From: Gemmatimonadota bacterium
GTDB lineage: Bacteria > Gemmatimonadota > Gemmatimonadetes > Gemmatimonadales > GWC2-71-9
DNA length: 64,000 nt
Assembly (NCBI GenBank): GCA_036679605.1
Contig: JAZDCZ010000247.1
Span: 63,692 to 127,691, forward strand
Direction: 5' to 3'
The notes below the pieces were generated by a model, which saw only the letters and a program-made list of their open reading frames with translations, made no database searches and was not told the origin of the DNA. Positions 46,588 to 57,865 of this stretch are shown one piece after another. The translations under genes and the position numbers were made by a program. Position 1 is the stretch's first letter. The number at the start of each line of letters is the position of its first letter.

Positions 46588-47952
46588 ATGCTGGTTGGGA
46601 TGACCTCGATCAGTACCCTGGTGCTGCTTGCATTGGGTTCGCCCAACGCCTGGACGCAGGATCTTTCCACGCGGATAATCCAAGACAGTATCAAGATCCA
46701 CATTCCGAACGCCAATAGGTACATCTTTAGGCTCCAAAACGGGATCATAGGGTTTGCGGTGGCCGATCTCGATGCGACGGTCGTGCAATTCTCGGCACAC
46801 GTTGGTGGTGGGTACGGTGACGACCGTAAGCCCGGTTCGGCAGAGGTGCTGGAGCTGCTGTTCCGTCAAGGTCCTTGCTGGATGGTTCCAGGTTCGTTTG
46901 AGCGTGCGATGGAAAAGATCGGTGGCTCCCTCACGGTGCGAATGGGTCCGGAAACAACCGAAATAACTCTGAGTGCGTCGCCCGAGCACGTGCGGCTTGC
47001 CCTTCGAATCTTTGCAGGAACCCTCCGAGAACCATGCATCAGGCAAGCGGTGGTTGACTCGCTCCGCTCGGGTTTGGCTGAGAGCGCACTGCGTGGCGGC
47101 ATTGCGCAGGGGAGAGACTCATTTGTTCCCAATGCATCTATGCAGATGGCGGTAGATATCTTCGAACGGGAGGTATTGGCCGACCACAGCTATGATCGGA
47201 CGGTCTCCAAAGAAGAGTTTGCTCGATTGGACTTCGAGGGCGTGAGAGATTTCCATCAGCGGATATTTGTGCCCAGGAACACGATAGTTACCACGTCGGG
47301 ATTGTTCGATCCAGTGGAGTTGAGCCCCGACCTACTCCAGCGGTTTTCCGATTGGCAACCACGGAAGCGCCACGTTGTGAGGAAGGCGGAAGACGTTGAG
47401 AGACCAGATTCGGTAAGGATTCTCCGTTTCCGAACCAACGGAATGCAAAGCTTTGTGGTATTGGGTCAAGACATTCCCCCGGTGAACACCATCAATTGGC
47501 CGGCGTTGCACGTCATGAGCTATGTCTTGACCAGAGAACGTTGGCTGGGCGATTCCGTCGATGTTCTGAGCGTCTTGGAGCGCCGGTTCCGAGGACCGGG
47601 CACGTTTACATTACGTGTGTCATCCTCGTCCGGTTCCGCAGACGAGTTCTTGAGTCGAGCAAGGCAGCGGATAGACCAACTAAAGAACGAAGATGTCCCC
47701 GAACAACAGTTGTCGGCTGCAAAAGAAGCTCTGATCACCGATGTCCTGCGCTCGAAGTTCGCCGATAGCCACATGATGGCTCGCACGTTTGCCAAGGAGT
47801 TCTCCAACACCGGTTCCATGATGTACATGGAGGCTTTCCCGGATCTGGTGGCACGCGTTACCGTGGATGATGTTAGACGGGAGGCAAACAAGTTTCTGGA
47901 TCCAAGTAGAATGACGGCAGTGATAATCGAAGGAGGGGAGCAGGGAGGTTAG
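46588..47952 (+). CDS. M16 (insulinase) family protein, probably catalytically inactive
   Basis: RLQNG, DRKPGSAEVLELL at the usual HxxEH position, FHQRIFVPRN, VTVDDVRREANKFL. Confidence 0.75.
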   Translation: MLVGMTSISTLVLLALGSPNAWTQDLSTRIIQDSIKIHIPNANRYIFRLQNGIIGFAVADLDATVVQFSAHVGGGYGDDRKPGSAEVLELLFRQGPCWMVPGSFERAMEKIGGSLTVRMGPETTEITLSASPEHVRLALRIFAGTLREPCIRQAVVDSLRSGLAESALRGGIAQGRDSFVPNASMQMAVDIFEREVLADHSYDRTVSKEEFARLDFEGVRDFHQRIFVPRNTIVTTSGLFDPVELSPDLLQRFSDWQPRKRHVVRKAEDVERPDSVRILRFRTNGMQSFVVLGQDIPPVNTINWPALHVMSYVLTRERWLGDSVDVLSVLERRFRGPGTFTLRVSSSSGSADEFLSRARQRIDQLKNEDVPEQQLSAAKEALITDVLRSKFADSHMMARTFAKEFSNTGSMMYMEAFPDLVARVTVDDVRREANKFLDPSRMTAVIIEGGEQGG

Positions 47953-47955
47953 GTA

Positions 47956-48216
47956 TCAGTCGTCTGCCTCTCTCTTCTCCTTGGCCTCGCTTGGCGGCTC
48001 GGCTTTCTGGGCGCGCCGCTTGGCTTCGGCGTCGTCGAACTCTGCTGAGGGCCAGCTTGGTGTGCCGACGTTGTCAAGGGACACACGGAGGACCGCGCCC
48101 TTCTTGACGCCACTGGGCAGTCTCGATAGCGGGATAGATGTGCGCTGATTATCGTCCCTCATGAGAACGGCTACACCACCCACTATTCTGTCGACGAAGT
48201 AACTCTCCTGGAGCAT
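47956..48216 (-). CDS. DUF3006-like small protein
   Basis: VDRIVGGVAVL...IPLSRLPSGVKKGAVL. Confidence 0.75.
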   Translation of the reverse strand: MLQESYFVDRIVGGVAVLMRDDNQRTSIPLSRLPSGVKKGAVLRVSLDNVGTPSWPSAEFDDAEAKRRAQKAEPPSEAKEKREADD

Positions 48217-48299
48217 CTCTCCACCTGTTCAATCGATTGCAGTCTCTACGAGGTTAAACGTACGACCGATATTCCTGCGGGGAAAGAGGCGAACTGGCC

Positions 48300-49001
48300 T
48301 TAGATGTTCTCAGGGGCGGTTTGCGTATAGCGTCTGCAGCAGGTCCAAATAACCATTACGCCTAGCAGGGCAATGATGCCGGCGAGTGCCGGTTGGATTC
48401 GATACAATGCTGCGAGGCCTGTACCTGAGGTTGTAAACAGGATCGCACCGGGAAGAATCCCGACGGCGGTGGTCCACACGAACGTCCACCGTTTCATCGC
48501 AGTGATTCCGGCGGCCCAGTTCATTGCGGTAAATGCCACCAGTGGGATGAGCCGCAACACCAGAAGCCCCGACCACCCCGCGGACCGAACCAGACGGTCT
48601 GCGCGTTCGAGTGAACGTTCGCTGAGCCATCTACCAGCCAGCGGGCGCCCGTATCTGCGCGAGATCTCAAAGCTTATTAGGGCGCCGACAACGGCACCGG
48701 ACCAGGTGATGAACGTGGCCAAGGCAAGGCTAAATAGCATACCGTTGATCATTGCGGGGATCTCCGCCGGGATCGGCAGGATAGCTACCGTGATCATCAT
48801 GAGAGGTGCGGCAGCGAAGGCCCATGGACCCAACGATTCGACGAGTCGGTAGGCGGTTCTCTGATCGAGCGAGTGTTGAACTGCGGCCGACGGTGCCGAC
48901 ATCGCTGCGGACGTCTCGATGCTCGCGTCCTGCGCTCTTGCCGGGTCGGCAAGTACGAGTAGCGCAAGAATCGATACTGTCGGTTTGACGAGTCTGTTCA
49001 T
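48300..49001 (-). CDS. TVP38/TMEM64 (DedA/VTT) family membrane protein
   Basis: PIPAE...NGMLF, FEISRRYGR, LRLIPLVAF, GILPG. Confidence 0.9.
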   Translation of the reverse strand: MNRLVKPTVSILALLVLADPARAQDASIETSAAMSAPSAAVQHSLDQRTAYRLVESLGPWAFAAAPLMMITVAILPIPAEIPAMINGMLFSLALATFITWSGAVVGALISFEISRRYGRPLAGRWLSERSLERADRLVRSAGWSGLLVLRLIPLVAFTAMNWAAGITAMKRWTFVWTTAVGILPGAILFTTSGTGLAALYRIQPALAGIIALLGVMVIWTCCRRYTQTAPENI

Positions 49002-49291
49002 TAGGTCGGCGGTCTTGGTTTTTGTCCCTACGGGGCGCAGTTGGTGAAAGTTCCTGCCATGCATATCGACCCCTAAGTGCAATCATGGTGCCGTCGGCTT
49101 GGCCTACCTAATTGGTTGTGGTACAAAGGGTTAGCCATAGCCGTGGAATCAACCACTGTGCGGCTTTGGGATTGTGAGTCACGTAACCGGACAGAGTTGA
49201 TTTGCCAAAACTGGGGAGCATTAGTTAATTATACTTCATTCGCTAATGTAGTAAAAATAGGTGGACCAACGCTCCTGGTACGGAGGAACAA

Positions 49292-49630
49292 ATGAAAGGT
49301 GAACGCCTGGGCGAGTTTGAAGAGGTCGTTCTTCTCAGCGCTAGGATTGAGGGTGAGGCAAGTGGAATAGCGATCCAACAGGTGCTCGAGCGTGAGGCAA
49401 GTAGGGACGTCTCGCTCGGCGCAATCTACTCTGCGCTCGACCGACTTGCCCGAAAGGGTTTAGTAGACTCGTGGCTCGGCGATCCAACTCCCGTCAGAGG
49501 GGGGCGGCGGAGGCGGTACTACCAAGTCACTCCTGAAGGACTGCTGCATCTCGAGGAGACCCGTCGGATCAGAGATGCACTATGGGAGAAGGCGGAAAGA
49601 ATCCGACTCGATCAAAGCGCAGCACAGTGA
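49292..49630 (+). CDS. PadR-family transcriptional regulator
   Basis: LGEFEEVVL, GAIYSALDRL, GGRRRRYYQVTPEG; GGAGG RBS. Confidence 0.92.
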   Translation: MKGERLGEFEEVVLLSARIEGEASGIAIQQVLEREASRDVSLGAIYSALDRLARKGLVDSWLGDPTPVRGGRRRRYYQVTPEGLLHLEETRRIRDALWEKAERIRLDQSAAQ

Positions 49631-52356
49631 GGGGAGCGACTGTTCCTGCGCTGGCGAGATTGCTGCTGCGGCTCACATGTCCGACAGCACGTTGGGTCGA
49701 GCTAGATGGCGATTTGCTGGAAGTGTACAGCATGTGGTTGGGGAGACGGGGAAGAGCTTATGCGCGCCGGAGATATTGGCGGGAAGTAATGTTGCTCGGA
49801 GTATGGCGGGTTGTCGGGTCGTATCGGCAACGAAATGACCGGAAAGGCGGAAGCGACTCCAAACATCATGGCAACAGGAGGACCACTCTGAGGAGGAATA
49901 TGGGAATGTTGCACGATCTGGTTCAGGATGTTCGCTACGGGCTCCGAACTTTGGCCAACAGCCCGGCCTTCACCGCTGTCGCCCTCATCATTCTTGGATT
50001 GGGCATGGGAGCCAACGCCACCATGTTTACCATCGCCAAGACGATCTTTCTAGAGCAACCGCCGCTCATCAAAGCACCCGATGAGTTGGTGGGGTTTGCC
50101 CGGGTAGGTGGCGGTGGGGCTATCAGAAGTTCGATGGGATATCCGGACTACAGCTGGTTCAAGGACCACAACGAGGTATTCGCGGACATCTTGGCGTACG
50201 ATCAGAGCGCCACAACGGTTGCTGCTGCGACGGGGGACGAAGTAAGCCAGGCAACTGCGTCGGAGGTCTCGGGGAACTTCTTCGACGTTCTCGGAGTGCC
50301 CATGGCGCTGGGCCGAAGCTTTGCACCCGACGAGAGTAAAACGCCGGGTACACATCCTGTGATAGTCATCGGAAACGGCTATTGGAAGCGTTATTTTGGC
50401 AGCGATCCTGGCGTGATAGGCAGCACCATGCAGTTGAACGGCACCAGCTTCACGATTATTGGAGTGACCCCTGAGGAGTTCCGCGGAATCAGCCCCGTTG
50501 AACCGCAACCCGATATCTATGTGCCCATCATGATGCAGGGCGCGATAATAGCCGGTTCGGAGAATTGGCTCACCCGTCGCCAAGGCAACATTTTGGTATG
50601 GCTCCGTATGGTGGCGAGGTTGCGGCCGGGGGTTGACCTCGAGACTGCTCAGGTTGGCTTGGAAGTACTGCAACAACGGTGGCGCACTGAGTTTGCTTCC
50701 TGGATCGAATCGGTTGGCCCCATTCCAGACCGCCTGGTGTTGGTGTCAGACTACCGAATGGATCCCGGAGCGCACGAGCGACTCGCCCGGTTGTTGAAGT
50801 TGTTGTTCCTGGTTGTTGGTACTGTTCTCATCATTGCGAGCGCCAACATCGCGATTCTGCTCCTGGCAAGAGCGTCCACACGCGGGCGCGAGATGGGCAT
50901 TCGCACAGCTCTCGGCGCCGGGCGCGGGCGCGTCGTACGACAGTTGCTGACCGAGAGCATACTCCTGTCGTTTGCCGGGGGCGTGGCGGGGTTGGCGATC
51001 GCGTTCTGGGGTGCCGGGATCGCAGTTCGCTTGATACCGGCCACGTTCACCGTGGATTTCATCCCAGATCTCTCCGTCCTTGCGTTTGTCGCTGCACTTT
51101 CGATCGGGACTGCTGTCATTTTCGGCTTGGTCCCGGCATGGCAACTCGCACGGCAAGATGTTGTTTCGTTCTTGCATCGCAGTAATGATCGAGGCCGTCG
51201 GATCGTCTTGCGGAATGCACTGGTCATTGGTCAGTTGGCGCTCTCGATCGTTCTGGTAACGGGAGCCGGCCTGTTCGTTCGGAGCCTGCTCAGGGCCCAG
51301 TCCGTGGATCTCGGTTTTGACCGCCACAACAAGTTGCTGCTATCAGTGCACCTCGGGAATCACGGATACGACGAAGTCGACGGTCAGGAATTCGTGCGCA
51401 CCATTCTGAATCGTATGGCAGCCCTTCCCGAAGTCGATCACGTTACCACGCAGATGTTCACGCCTTTCCGAGGAGCGTGGGGAAGTGGAGTGCAGGCTCC
51501 AGGTACTGAGTTTGCGGACACGGTGTTTGATGCGGGGTTCAACCTAGTTGGGCCCGGATACTTCGCCACCGTTGGAATGGGAATGGTTGCCGGGAGGGGT
51601 TACTCCTTGCAGGATGATGAGTCAAGTCATCCGGTAGTCATTGTGAACCGTGAAGTAGCGGATCGGATCTGGTCCGGTAGAGATCCGATTGGCCGTACAT
51701 TGATCCGTAACGACGTGGAGATGACGGTCATCGGCGTCGCGGCCAACGCCGTATACTACGATGTGGGAGAGAAGCAGGAAACGCAGATCTATGTGCCACA
51801 GCTGCAGCAATACGGATCTAGGATTACGTTCGTGCTTGCCACGAGAGGCGATCCACTGGCGATGGCGCGCTCGGCTGAACGCGTAATCCGCGATTACGAT
51901 CGGAAGGTAGCAATCTATAACGTCGGTACGCTCGCGGATGTCGTTGATCAAGAATTCGGACAGTTCAGAGTGATGGCGATCCTGGTGTCACTTTTTGGAG
52001 TGCTTGCGCTTCTCCTCGCGGCGGCGGGACTATACGGTGTCCAGTCCTACTTGGTGGAACGAAGGACCCGGGAGATCGGAATTCGCATCGCACTCGGCGC
52101 CTTGCGGCAGCAGGTAGCGCGCGGTGTCGTCGCAAGGTCTCTTGTGCTGGCTGTGAGTGGGTCGGCCATCGGGGTAGTGGCGGCGCTCGGACTGGGTCGC
52201 TTGGTTCAGGGCATGCTTTTCGGGGTAAGCGCGCGAGATCCGCTAACGTTTGTAGCGGTTCCGCTACTGCTTCTTGGGGTTGCCGCTCTGGCCAGCATAA
52301 TCCCGGCAAGGCGGGCAAGCAGAGTAGATCCAATGGTTGCTTTGCGCGAGGAGTAG
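49627..52356 (+). CDS. Duplicated orphan ABC transporter permease (ADOP; MacB/FtsX x2)
   Basis: QDVRYGLRTL, GANATMF, REMGIRTALGA, REIGIRIALGA, PARRASRVDPMVALREE; GTGA overlap with padR. Confidence 0.92.
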   Translation: MRGATVPALARLLLRLTCPTARWVELDGDLLEVYSMWLGRRGRAYARRRYWREVMLLGVWRVVGSYRQRNDRKGGSDSKHHGNRRTTLRRNMGMLHDLVQDVRYGLRTLANSPAFTAVALIILGLGMGANATMFTIAKTIFLEQPPLIKAPDELVGFARVGGGGAIRSSMGYPDYSWFKDHNEVFADILAYDQSATTVAAATGDEVSQATASEVSGNFFDVLGVPMALGRSFAPDESKTPGTHPVIVIGNGYWKRYFGSDPGVIGSTMQLNGTSFTIIGVTPEEFRGISPVEPQPDIYVPIMMQGAIIAGSENWLTRRQGNILVWLRMVARLRPGVDLETAQVGLEVLQQRWRTEFASWIESVGPIPDRLVLVSDYRMDPGAHERLARLLKLLFLVVGTVLIIASANIAILLLARASTRGREMGIRTALGAGRGRVVRQLLTESILLSFAGGVAGLAIAFWGAGIAVRLIPATFTVDFIPDLSVLAFVAALSIGTAVIFGLVPAWQLARQDVVSFLHRSNDRGRRIVLRNALVIGQLALSIVLVTGAGLFVRSLLRAQSVDLGFDRHNKLLLSVHLGNHGYDEVDGQEFVRTILNRMAALPEVDHVTTQMFTPFRGAWGSGVQAPGTEFADTVFDAGFNLVGPGYFATVGMGMVAGRGYSLQDDESSHPVVIVNREVADRIWSGRDPIGRTLIRNDVEMTVIGVAANAVYYDVGEKQETQIYVPQLQQYGSRITFVLATRGDPLAMARSAERVIRDYDRKVAIYNVGTLADVVDQEFGQFRVMAILVSLFGVLALLLAAAGLYGVQSYLVERRTREIGIRIALGALRQQVARGVVARSLVLAVSGSAIGVVAALGLGRLVQGMLFGVSARDPLTFVAVPLLLLGVAALASIIPARRASRVDPMVALREE

Positions 52357-52441
52357 CCTGGCGCACAGAAGGTTTGCCGAGGCCGCATTGCCAGTGACAG
52401 GAAGTTAGATTCTCTCCAACTCGCTTCCCACGGATCTAACT

Positions 52442-54478
52442 ATGTACAATGTGTCTCGAAACCTCAGTCTGCTGCTGACCCTCGGATTAATTTGCGTAAA
52501 CAGCCCGTTCACTCTCTCAGCACAGTCACGCCGCGCGCTAGGCGTCGATGACCTGTTCGCGATCAAACAGGTTGGTGATCCACAGATCAGCCGAGACGGG
52601 AATTGGATAGCGTACACCGTCAGATCGACCAGCCTGGAAGATGAGAAATCAGAGACACGCATATGGATGATCTCCACCGGGAGTGGAGATGCATTGCCGA
52701 TGACGGCTAAGGGGTACTCCGCGAGCAGGCCGCGCTGGAGTCCCGATGGCAAGTATCTCTCGTTCGTGGCTTCGAGGGACGAAGGCAAGAGCCAAGTGTG
52801 GATGCTCAACAGAAATGGAGGCGAATCACAGCAGTTGACTGACGTCGAGCAGGGAATCTCGAGCTACGTCTGGTCCCCCGATGGCACCAAGCTGCTCTTG
52901 AGCATTCGAGACCCTGAGGAAGAGAAGAAAGACGACGATTCTAAGAAACCACGAGATCCCTGGGTCATAGATCGTCTGCAGTTCAAGCGCGATGGTACGG
53001 GCTATCTTACCGGCAACCGTCATACACATCTCTACGTATTCGATGTTGCATCAAAAACGTCCACACAGATCACGTCGGGCAATTTCGACGAGTCGCAGGC
53101 TAAGTGGAGTCCCGACGGGAGACGTGTTGCCTTCGTAAGTAATCGTACGGACAATCCCGATGGAAACTCCAACAGCGATATCTGGATCGTTGGTGCGGAT
53201 AACACCGACAAGGGCGAGACACTTCTAAGAGTTACCGTTAACTCGGGTTCCGACGGATCTCCGGCATGGAGTCCCGATGGGAAGCAGATTGCCTATACCA
53301 CGGTAGTGGAGCCCGATCTGATCTGGTACGCCACGCGCCATCTCGCCGTCGTTCCAGCAAGCGGTGGTGCGCCAAGGCTATTGACCCGCGCGTTAGATCG
53401 TAATGTCAGCAATCCACGATTTTCTGATGATGGTCGTTCGATCTATTTTCGGCTGGAAGACAGTGCGGAGGATCATCTTGCGCAACTAGAGCTTTCGAGT
53501 GGAAAGGTGACGCGTCCGATCGACGGACCGCTCAGCGTGCGCAGTGTCGCGTTTGGCCCCAAGCGCATGATAGCGGCACTGGTGGCGCGCACGGATCTGC
53601 CGGGCGAGATCTTCAATGTTGGCAAGGACGGTCTACGTCAAGTAACGACGGTCAACGATGAGTTCCTGTCGGGCGTACGGCTCGGTGAGGTCAGAAACGT
53701 TCAGTTCCCGAGCAAAGATGGAACCGAAATCGAAGGATTTATCTATCTACCTCCGGGTTATGACCAAGCTATGCGCTATCCCACTCTGCTGCGCATTCAC
53801 GGTGGACCCGTGTCTCAGTTCCGGCACAGCTTCAACTTCGAGGCTCAGCTTCTTGCTGCGAACGGATATGTCGTCGTGACCGTTAACCCGCGAGGTTCAT
53901 CCGGCTACGGCCAAGAGTTTTCAAAGGTGATTTGGGCTGACTGGGGGAACAAGGACTTCGAGGATGTGATGGCGGGAGTCGACTTCGCGATCGCGCAGGG
54001 TTACTCAGACGCCAATCGACTCGGCGTCGGCGGTTGGTCGTACGGCGGGATCCTCACTGATCATGTGATCACGCGAACGGACCGCTTCAAGGCCGCGATC
54101 ACAGGTGCTAGCGAAGTGCTCTACCGTGCCAACTATGGACACGATCACTACCAGCTTCAGTGGGAGAAGGAGCTTGGCCTACCGTGGAAGAACCAGGAAG
54201 TGTGGGAGCGCATCTCACCCTTCAACAAAGTGGAGAATATCGTGACACCGACGCTGATCATGGGCGGTGAGCGCGACTGGAACGTTCCGATCCAGAACTC
54301 GGAGCAACTATATCAGGCACTCAAGCGCCTGGGTCGCGAGACCCAGCTCGTCGTTTATCCGGGTCAGTCGCACGGGTTGAGAGTTCCTTCTTATCAGAAG
54401 GATCGGCTGGAACGATACCTGGCGTGGTACGACAAGTACGTCAAGCGCTCGGGTGCGGCGGCCACTGGGGGGAGGTAG
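52442..54478 (+). CDS. S9 family (prolyl oligopeptidase/acylaminoacyl peptidase) with WD40/PD40 propeller
   Basis: WSPDG repeats, IHGGP, GWSYGG (Ser), GERDWNVP (Asp), QSHG (His). Confidence 0.95.
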   Translation: MYNVSRNLSLLLTLGLICVNSPFTLSAQSRRALGVDDLFAIKQVGDPQISRDGNWIAYTVRSTSLEDEKSETRIWMISTGSGDALPMTAKGYSASRPRWSPDGKYLSFVASRDEGKSQVWMLNRNGGESQQLTDVEQGISSYVWSPDGTKLLLSIRDPEEEKKDDDSKKPRDPWVIDRLQFKRDGTGYLTGNRHTHLYVFDVASKTSTQITSGNFDESQAKWSPDGRRVAFVSNRTDNPDGNSNSDIWIVGADNTDKGETLLRVTVNSGSDGSPAWSPDGKQIAYTTVVEPDLIWYATRHLAVVPASGGAPRLLTRALDRNVSNPRFSDDGRSIYFRLEDSAEDHLAQLELSSGKVTRPIDGPLSVRSVAFGPKRMIAALVARTDLPGEIFNVGKDGLRQVTTVNDEFLSGVRLGEVRNVQFPSKDGTEIEGFIYLPPGYDQAMRYPTLLRIHGGPVSQFRHSFNFEAQLLAANGYVVVTVNPRGSSGYGQEFSKVIWADWGNKDFEDVMAGVDFAIAQGYSDANRLGVGGWSYGGILTDHVITRTDRFKAAITGASEVLYRANYGHDHYQLQWEKELGLPWKNQEVWERISPFNKVENIVTPTLIMGGERDWNVPIQNSEQLYQALKRLGRETQLVVYPGQSHGLRVPSYQKDRLERYLAWYDKYVKRSGAAATGGR

Positions 54479-54535
54479 GCAGGAAAGAGAGAAGCGGTAT
54501 CACTCCCCACTCCCCACTTCACGTCTACAGTCTTG

Positions 54536-57500
54536 TCACCGTCTGATATTGGTAACAACGCTCTGTATTCCCGCTTCGCTCAGCAGTCTATTGTAGGCCA
54601 CAATGTCCTGTTGCTCGATTGTCTGGAAGCGGTTCTGAAAGGCTCGAAGCAAAACCTTGTAGCGCTCGTGTACCTCGATCTGCTGAGTGGTAGGAACAAA
54701 ATCGGAACCCCCTATGTAACCGGCGAGGCTCGTGATTTTTGCGTACAGTTGCCGAGGCCACCGAAGCCGGTCCTGCCCAGCCAGTCCACCCGACATTCTC
54801 AGGTCTGTGAGGCTCATCTCCAAGTCGATCAACTTCTGGTTGATTTCTTCTCCCGCAGTCGCGATCTCGCTGCCGTCGCCCTTGTCGTTCACCAGCTCCT
54901 TCCATCCATGGATCTGCGCTCTGACGGACTCGATATTATTGATCAGATCTACGACCGCGTTTGCCTCGCTTCGTAACTCCAGCAAGACTGCTATCTGCTT
55001 CTTGACGTCGGCGTCGCTTCCAGCTGAGTTAGGATCCTTCAGCACCGTGAGGCTCTGCGCGAATTCGTCGTCTCCGACGGTCAACCGCACCGTGTACGTC
55101 CCGGGTGCCGCGAGTGGTGTGACGCGGCCACCCTCGCCGGCAGGTCGCCAGCCGTCGTCGCCGATCGTTACATGTGAGTGCTCGATGACCTTGGTGCGCA
55201 TGCGAGGTGTTTTTGAAGCCTCGTATCTCAGGTCCCAGTACGCGCGGTTGATGCCGGCATCACTGGGGGCAGAGCCAAGTTCTTTCACCAACACGCCATC
55301 CTGATCCAACACCTCGATCTTCACTCCCTCGTCCGGCTTGGACTTCAAGTAGTAATTGATCGATGCGCCGTACTTGGGGTTGCGTCCCGCGCCCGGATCA
55401 TCGGGCTGGCTCACCGATCTTGCCTTGTTCCTGAATCGATACGCTGGGCGGGGAGCAAAGATGTGAACGTTCGATGCAAGGACGTCGTCGGTGAGCTGTT
55501 GTAGCGGTGTGATGTCGTCCAATATCCAGAAGCCACGCCCATAGGTGCTTACTACCAGGTCATTGAACTGCTCCTGAATCGTCAGCCAGTGCACCGGCGA
55601 ATGCGGCAAGTTGGATTGAAGCGCAATCCAGTTCGCTCCGTCATCGAACGAGGCGTAGAGCCCGTTCTCGGTGCCGAGATACAGTAGCCCCCGGCGCACC
55701 GGATCCTCGCGCACGACATGTGCATAGCTGAAGACGCTTCGCGGGATGTCTGAGCTGATAGACTTCCATGAGTGTCCGTAGTCGGTCGTTCTGTATACGA
55801 AGGGATCGGTGTTGTTCACTTGGTGGAAATCGACTGTGATGTAGCACGTGCCCGCATCGTATCGCGATGGCTCAATGTTGCTAACCGTGCCCCAAGGTGG
55901 AAGGTCGGGAATGTTGTCCGTCACGTTCGTCCAGCTAACTCCGTCGTCTCTTGTCAGGTGGACCAAGCCGTCGTTCGAGCCGGCCCAGATCAGTCCCTTC
56001 TCGAGAGGAGATTCTGCTATCGCAAAGAGTACCGCTGCGTACGTAGGACTGGAGTCATCTGGTGTAAGTCCGCCTGTCTTCTCTTGCTTACTCTTGTCGT
56101 TGGTCGTCAAGTCGGGGCTGATAACCGTCCAACTGTGACCACCGTCGTTGGTGCGATGAACGTGCTGACTGCCTACGTACACCGTGGTGTGATCGTGCGG
56201 CGATATTGTGATTGGAAAGGTCCACTGGAATCGGTACTCGAGTTCGCCGGCGGGCCAGCCTTCGGGGTTGTCGGGCAACACGCTGATGTTACGGCTGTGA
56301 CCGGTACGGAGGTCGAATCGCTCGAGTATTCCCTCGTAGCAACCCGCGTATGCGATGTTGTTGTCTACCGGATCCGGAACGGCGAAGCCGGATTCACAAC
56401 CACCTACCGAGTGCCATGCTCCGATCGGAATCGTCCCACCTGACAAGCTGTTGCTGGGACCGCGGTGTGACGCTCCGTCTTGCCGATTGCCAAATACGTT
56501 GTAGGGAATCGCATTATCAGTATAGACGTGGTACATCTGTGCGATCGGGAGTCGCGGACGGAGCCAGCTTTTCCCTCTCGTAGTAGAAATGCTTACACCG
56601 CCATCATGTCCCACAATCATGCGGTCGGGCAACAGAGGGTCGATCCACATGTCGTGATTGTCGCCTCCAGCGTTACCGCGCTCGATGGACAGGCCACCAT
56701 CCAGCGAAATCGTGTATGCAGTTGAGAGGAAATGAATCTCGTTGTGGTCGTCCGGTGCCACGGCCGCACGAGTGTAGTAGAGAGGTCGCTGTGCAAGAGT
56801 GTGGTCTCCGTTCACCATGCGCCACGAGTCCCCGCCGTTGTCAGATCTCCACAGCACTCCCTGGTGTTCGTTTAGTTCTGCGAACGCTCGGTTTGAGTTC
56901 GTCTCGATAAGGGCATACACCCGACTCGAGTTATCGGCGGACATTGCTAGGCCTATTTTGCCGAGCGGTGGTTTGGGAAGTCCGTGGCCGGTTAGGTGTT
57001 GCCATGTCGCACCGCCGTCTCGTGACATATAGAGGCCGCTTCCCGGTCCTCCGCTCACTCTCCCCCACGTGTGAATCACCATCTGCCACATGCCCGCGAA
57101 CAGAATCTTGGGGTTGTTCGGATCCATGACGATGTCCGACGCGCCAGTGTTCTCATCGACGAACAGAACACGCTCCCACGTGGTACCACCGTCCGTCGTT
57201 CTGAACACCCCTCGCTCTTGTTGCGGTCCGTAGAGATGCCCCATTGCCGCTGCAAGCACGATATCTGGGTTTGCCGGATCGATCACGATGCGACCGATCC
57301 TACCGGTCTTCTCCAAACCCATGTGTGTCCAGTGCTTCCCACCGTCGGTAGATTTGTAGATGCCGTTGCCGATGGAAACATTACTTCGAATGAAGGTCTC
57401 ACCAGTACCAACCCAGACGACGTTTGGATTGACGGGATCAAGGGCCAGAGATCCGATCGACGCCGCCGGCTGATCGTCAAATATGGGTTCCCACTGTACG

Positions 57501-57730
57501 CCACCGTCTGTTGACTTGAACACTCCTCCCGAAGCGCTGCCGATATAGTAGATATTCGGGTCACCGGGAACACCAGTCACCGCGCTCACCCTGTTTCCCA
57601 CCGGTCCGATGTGGCGGTACAGGAGTTGGTTCCAGAGGCTGGGATCGAGTTGGTCGCGTGTCTGGGCCGTGGCTGTCGAGGAAATCGCTGCGAGGGCAAA
57701 CGCCAAAACAGTCATGTGGGAACGTGACAT
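54536..57730 (-). CDS. Exported BNR-repeat/VPS10-like glycosyl hydrolase-type protein
   Basis: Signal peptide; many Asp-box repeats (STDGG.W, SRDGG.W, SDNGG.W). Confidence 0.9.
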   Translation of the reverse strand: MSRSHMTVLAFALAAISSTATAQTRDQLDPSLWNQLLYRHIGPVGNRVSAVTGVPGDPNIYYIGSASGGVFKSTDGGVQWEPIFDDQPAASIGSLALDPVNPNVVWVGTGETFIRSNVSIGNGIYKSTDGGKHWTHMGLEKTGRIGRIVIDPANPDIVLAAAMGHLYGPQQERGVFRTTDGGTTWERVLFVDENTGASDIVMDPNNPKILFAGMWQMVIHTWGRVSGGPGSGLYMSRDGGATWQHLTGHGLPKPPLGKIGLAMSADNSSRVYALIETNSNRAFAELNEHQGVLWRSDNGGDSWRMVNGDHTLAQRPLYYTRAAVAPDDHNEIHFLSTAYTISLDGGLSIERGNAGGDNHDMWIDPLLPDRMIVGHDGGVSISTTRGKSWLRPRLPIAQMYHVYTDNAIPYNVFGNRQDGASHRGPSNSLSGGTIPIGAWHSVGGCESGFAVPDPVDNNIAYAGCYEGILERFDLRTGHSRNISVLPDNPEGWPAGELEYRFQWTFPITISPHDHTTVYVGSQHVHRTNDGGHSWTVISPDLTTNDKSKQEKTGGLTPDDSSPTYAAVLFAIAESPLEKGLIWAGSNDGLVHLTRDDGVSWTNVTDNIPDLPPWGTVSNIEPSRYDAGTCYITVDFHQVNNTDPFVYRTTDYGHSWKSISSDIPRSVFSYAHVVREDPVRRGLLYLGTENGLYASFDDGANWIALQSNLPHSPVHWLTIQEQFNDLVVSTYGRGFWILDDITPLQQLTDDVLASNVHIFAPRPAYRFRNKARSVSQPDDPGAGRNPKYGASINYYLKSKPDEGVKIEVLDQDGVLVKELGSAPSDAGINRAYWDLRYEASKTPRMRTKVIEHSHVTIGDDGWRPAGEGGRVTPLAAPGTYTVRLTVGDDEFAQSLTVLKDPNSAGSDADVKKQIAVLLELRSEANAVVDLINNIESVRAQIHGWKELVNDKGDGSEIATAGEEINQKLIDLEMSLTDLRMSGGLAGQDRLRWPRQLYAKITSLAGYIGGSDFVPTTQQIEVHERYKVLLRAFQNRFQTIEQQDIVAYNRLLSEAGIQSVVTNIRR

Positions 57731-57865
57731 CGTGAGGCTATCTCCTACATTCGATTGGATTCTTGTGAGAGTGGAAGATACGTAGATGCTCAAGCCTTGG
57801 TGAGGGAGGATGGGGTACGGTCGAACGGCGTATATTCCAATACAACAACGGAAAAGGCGGACACA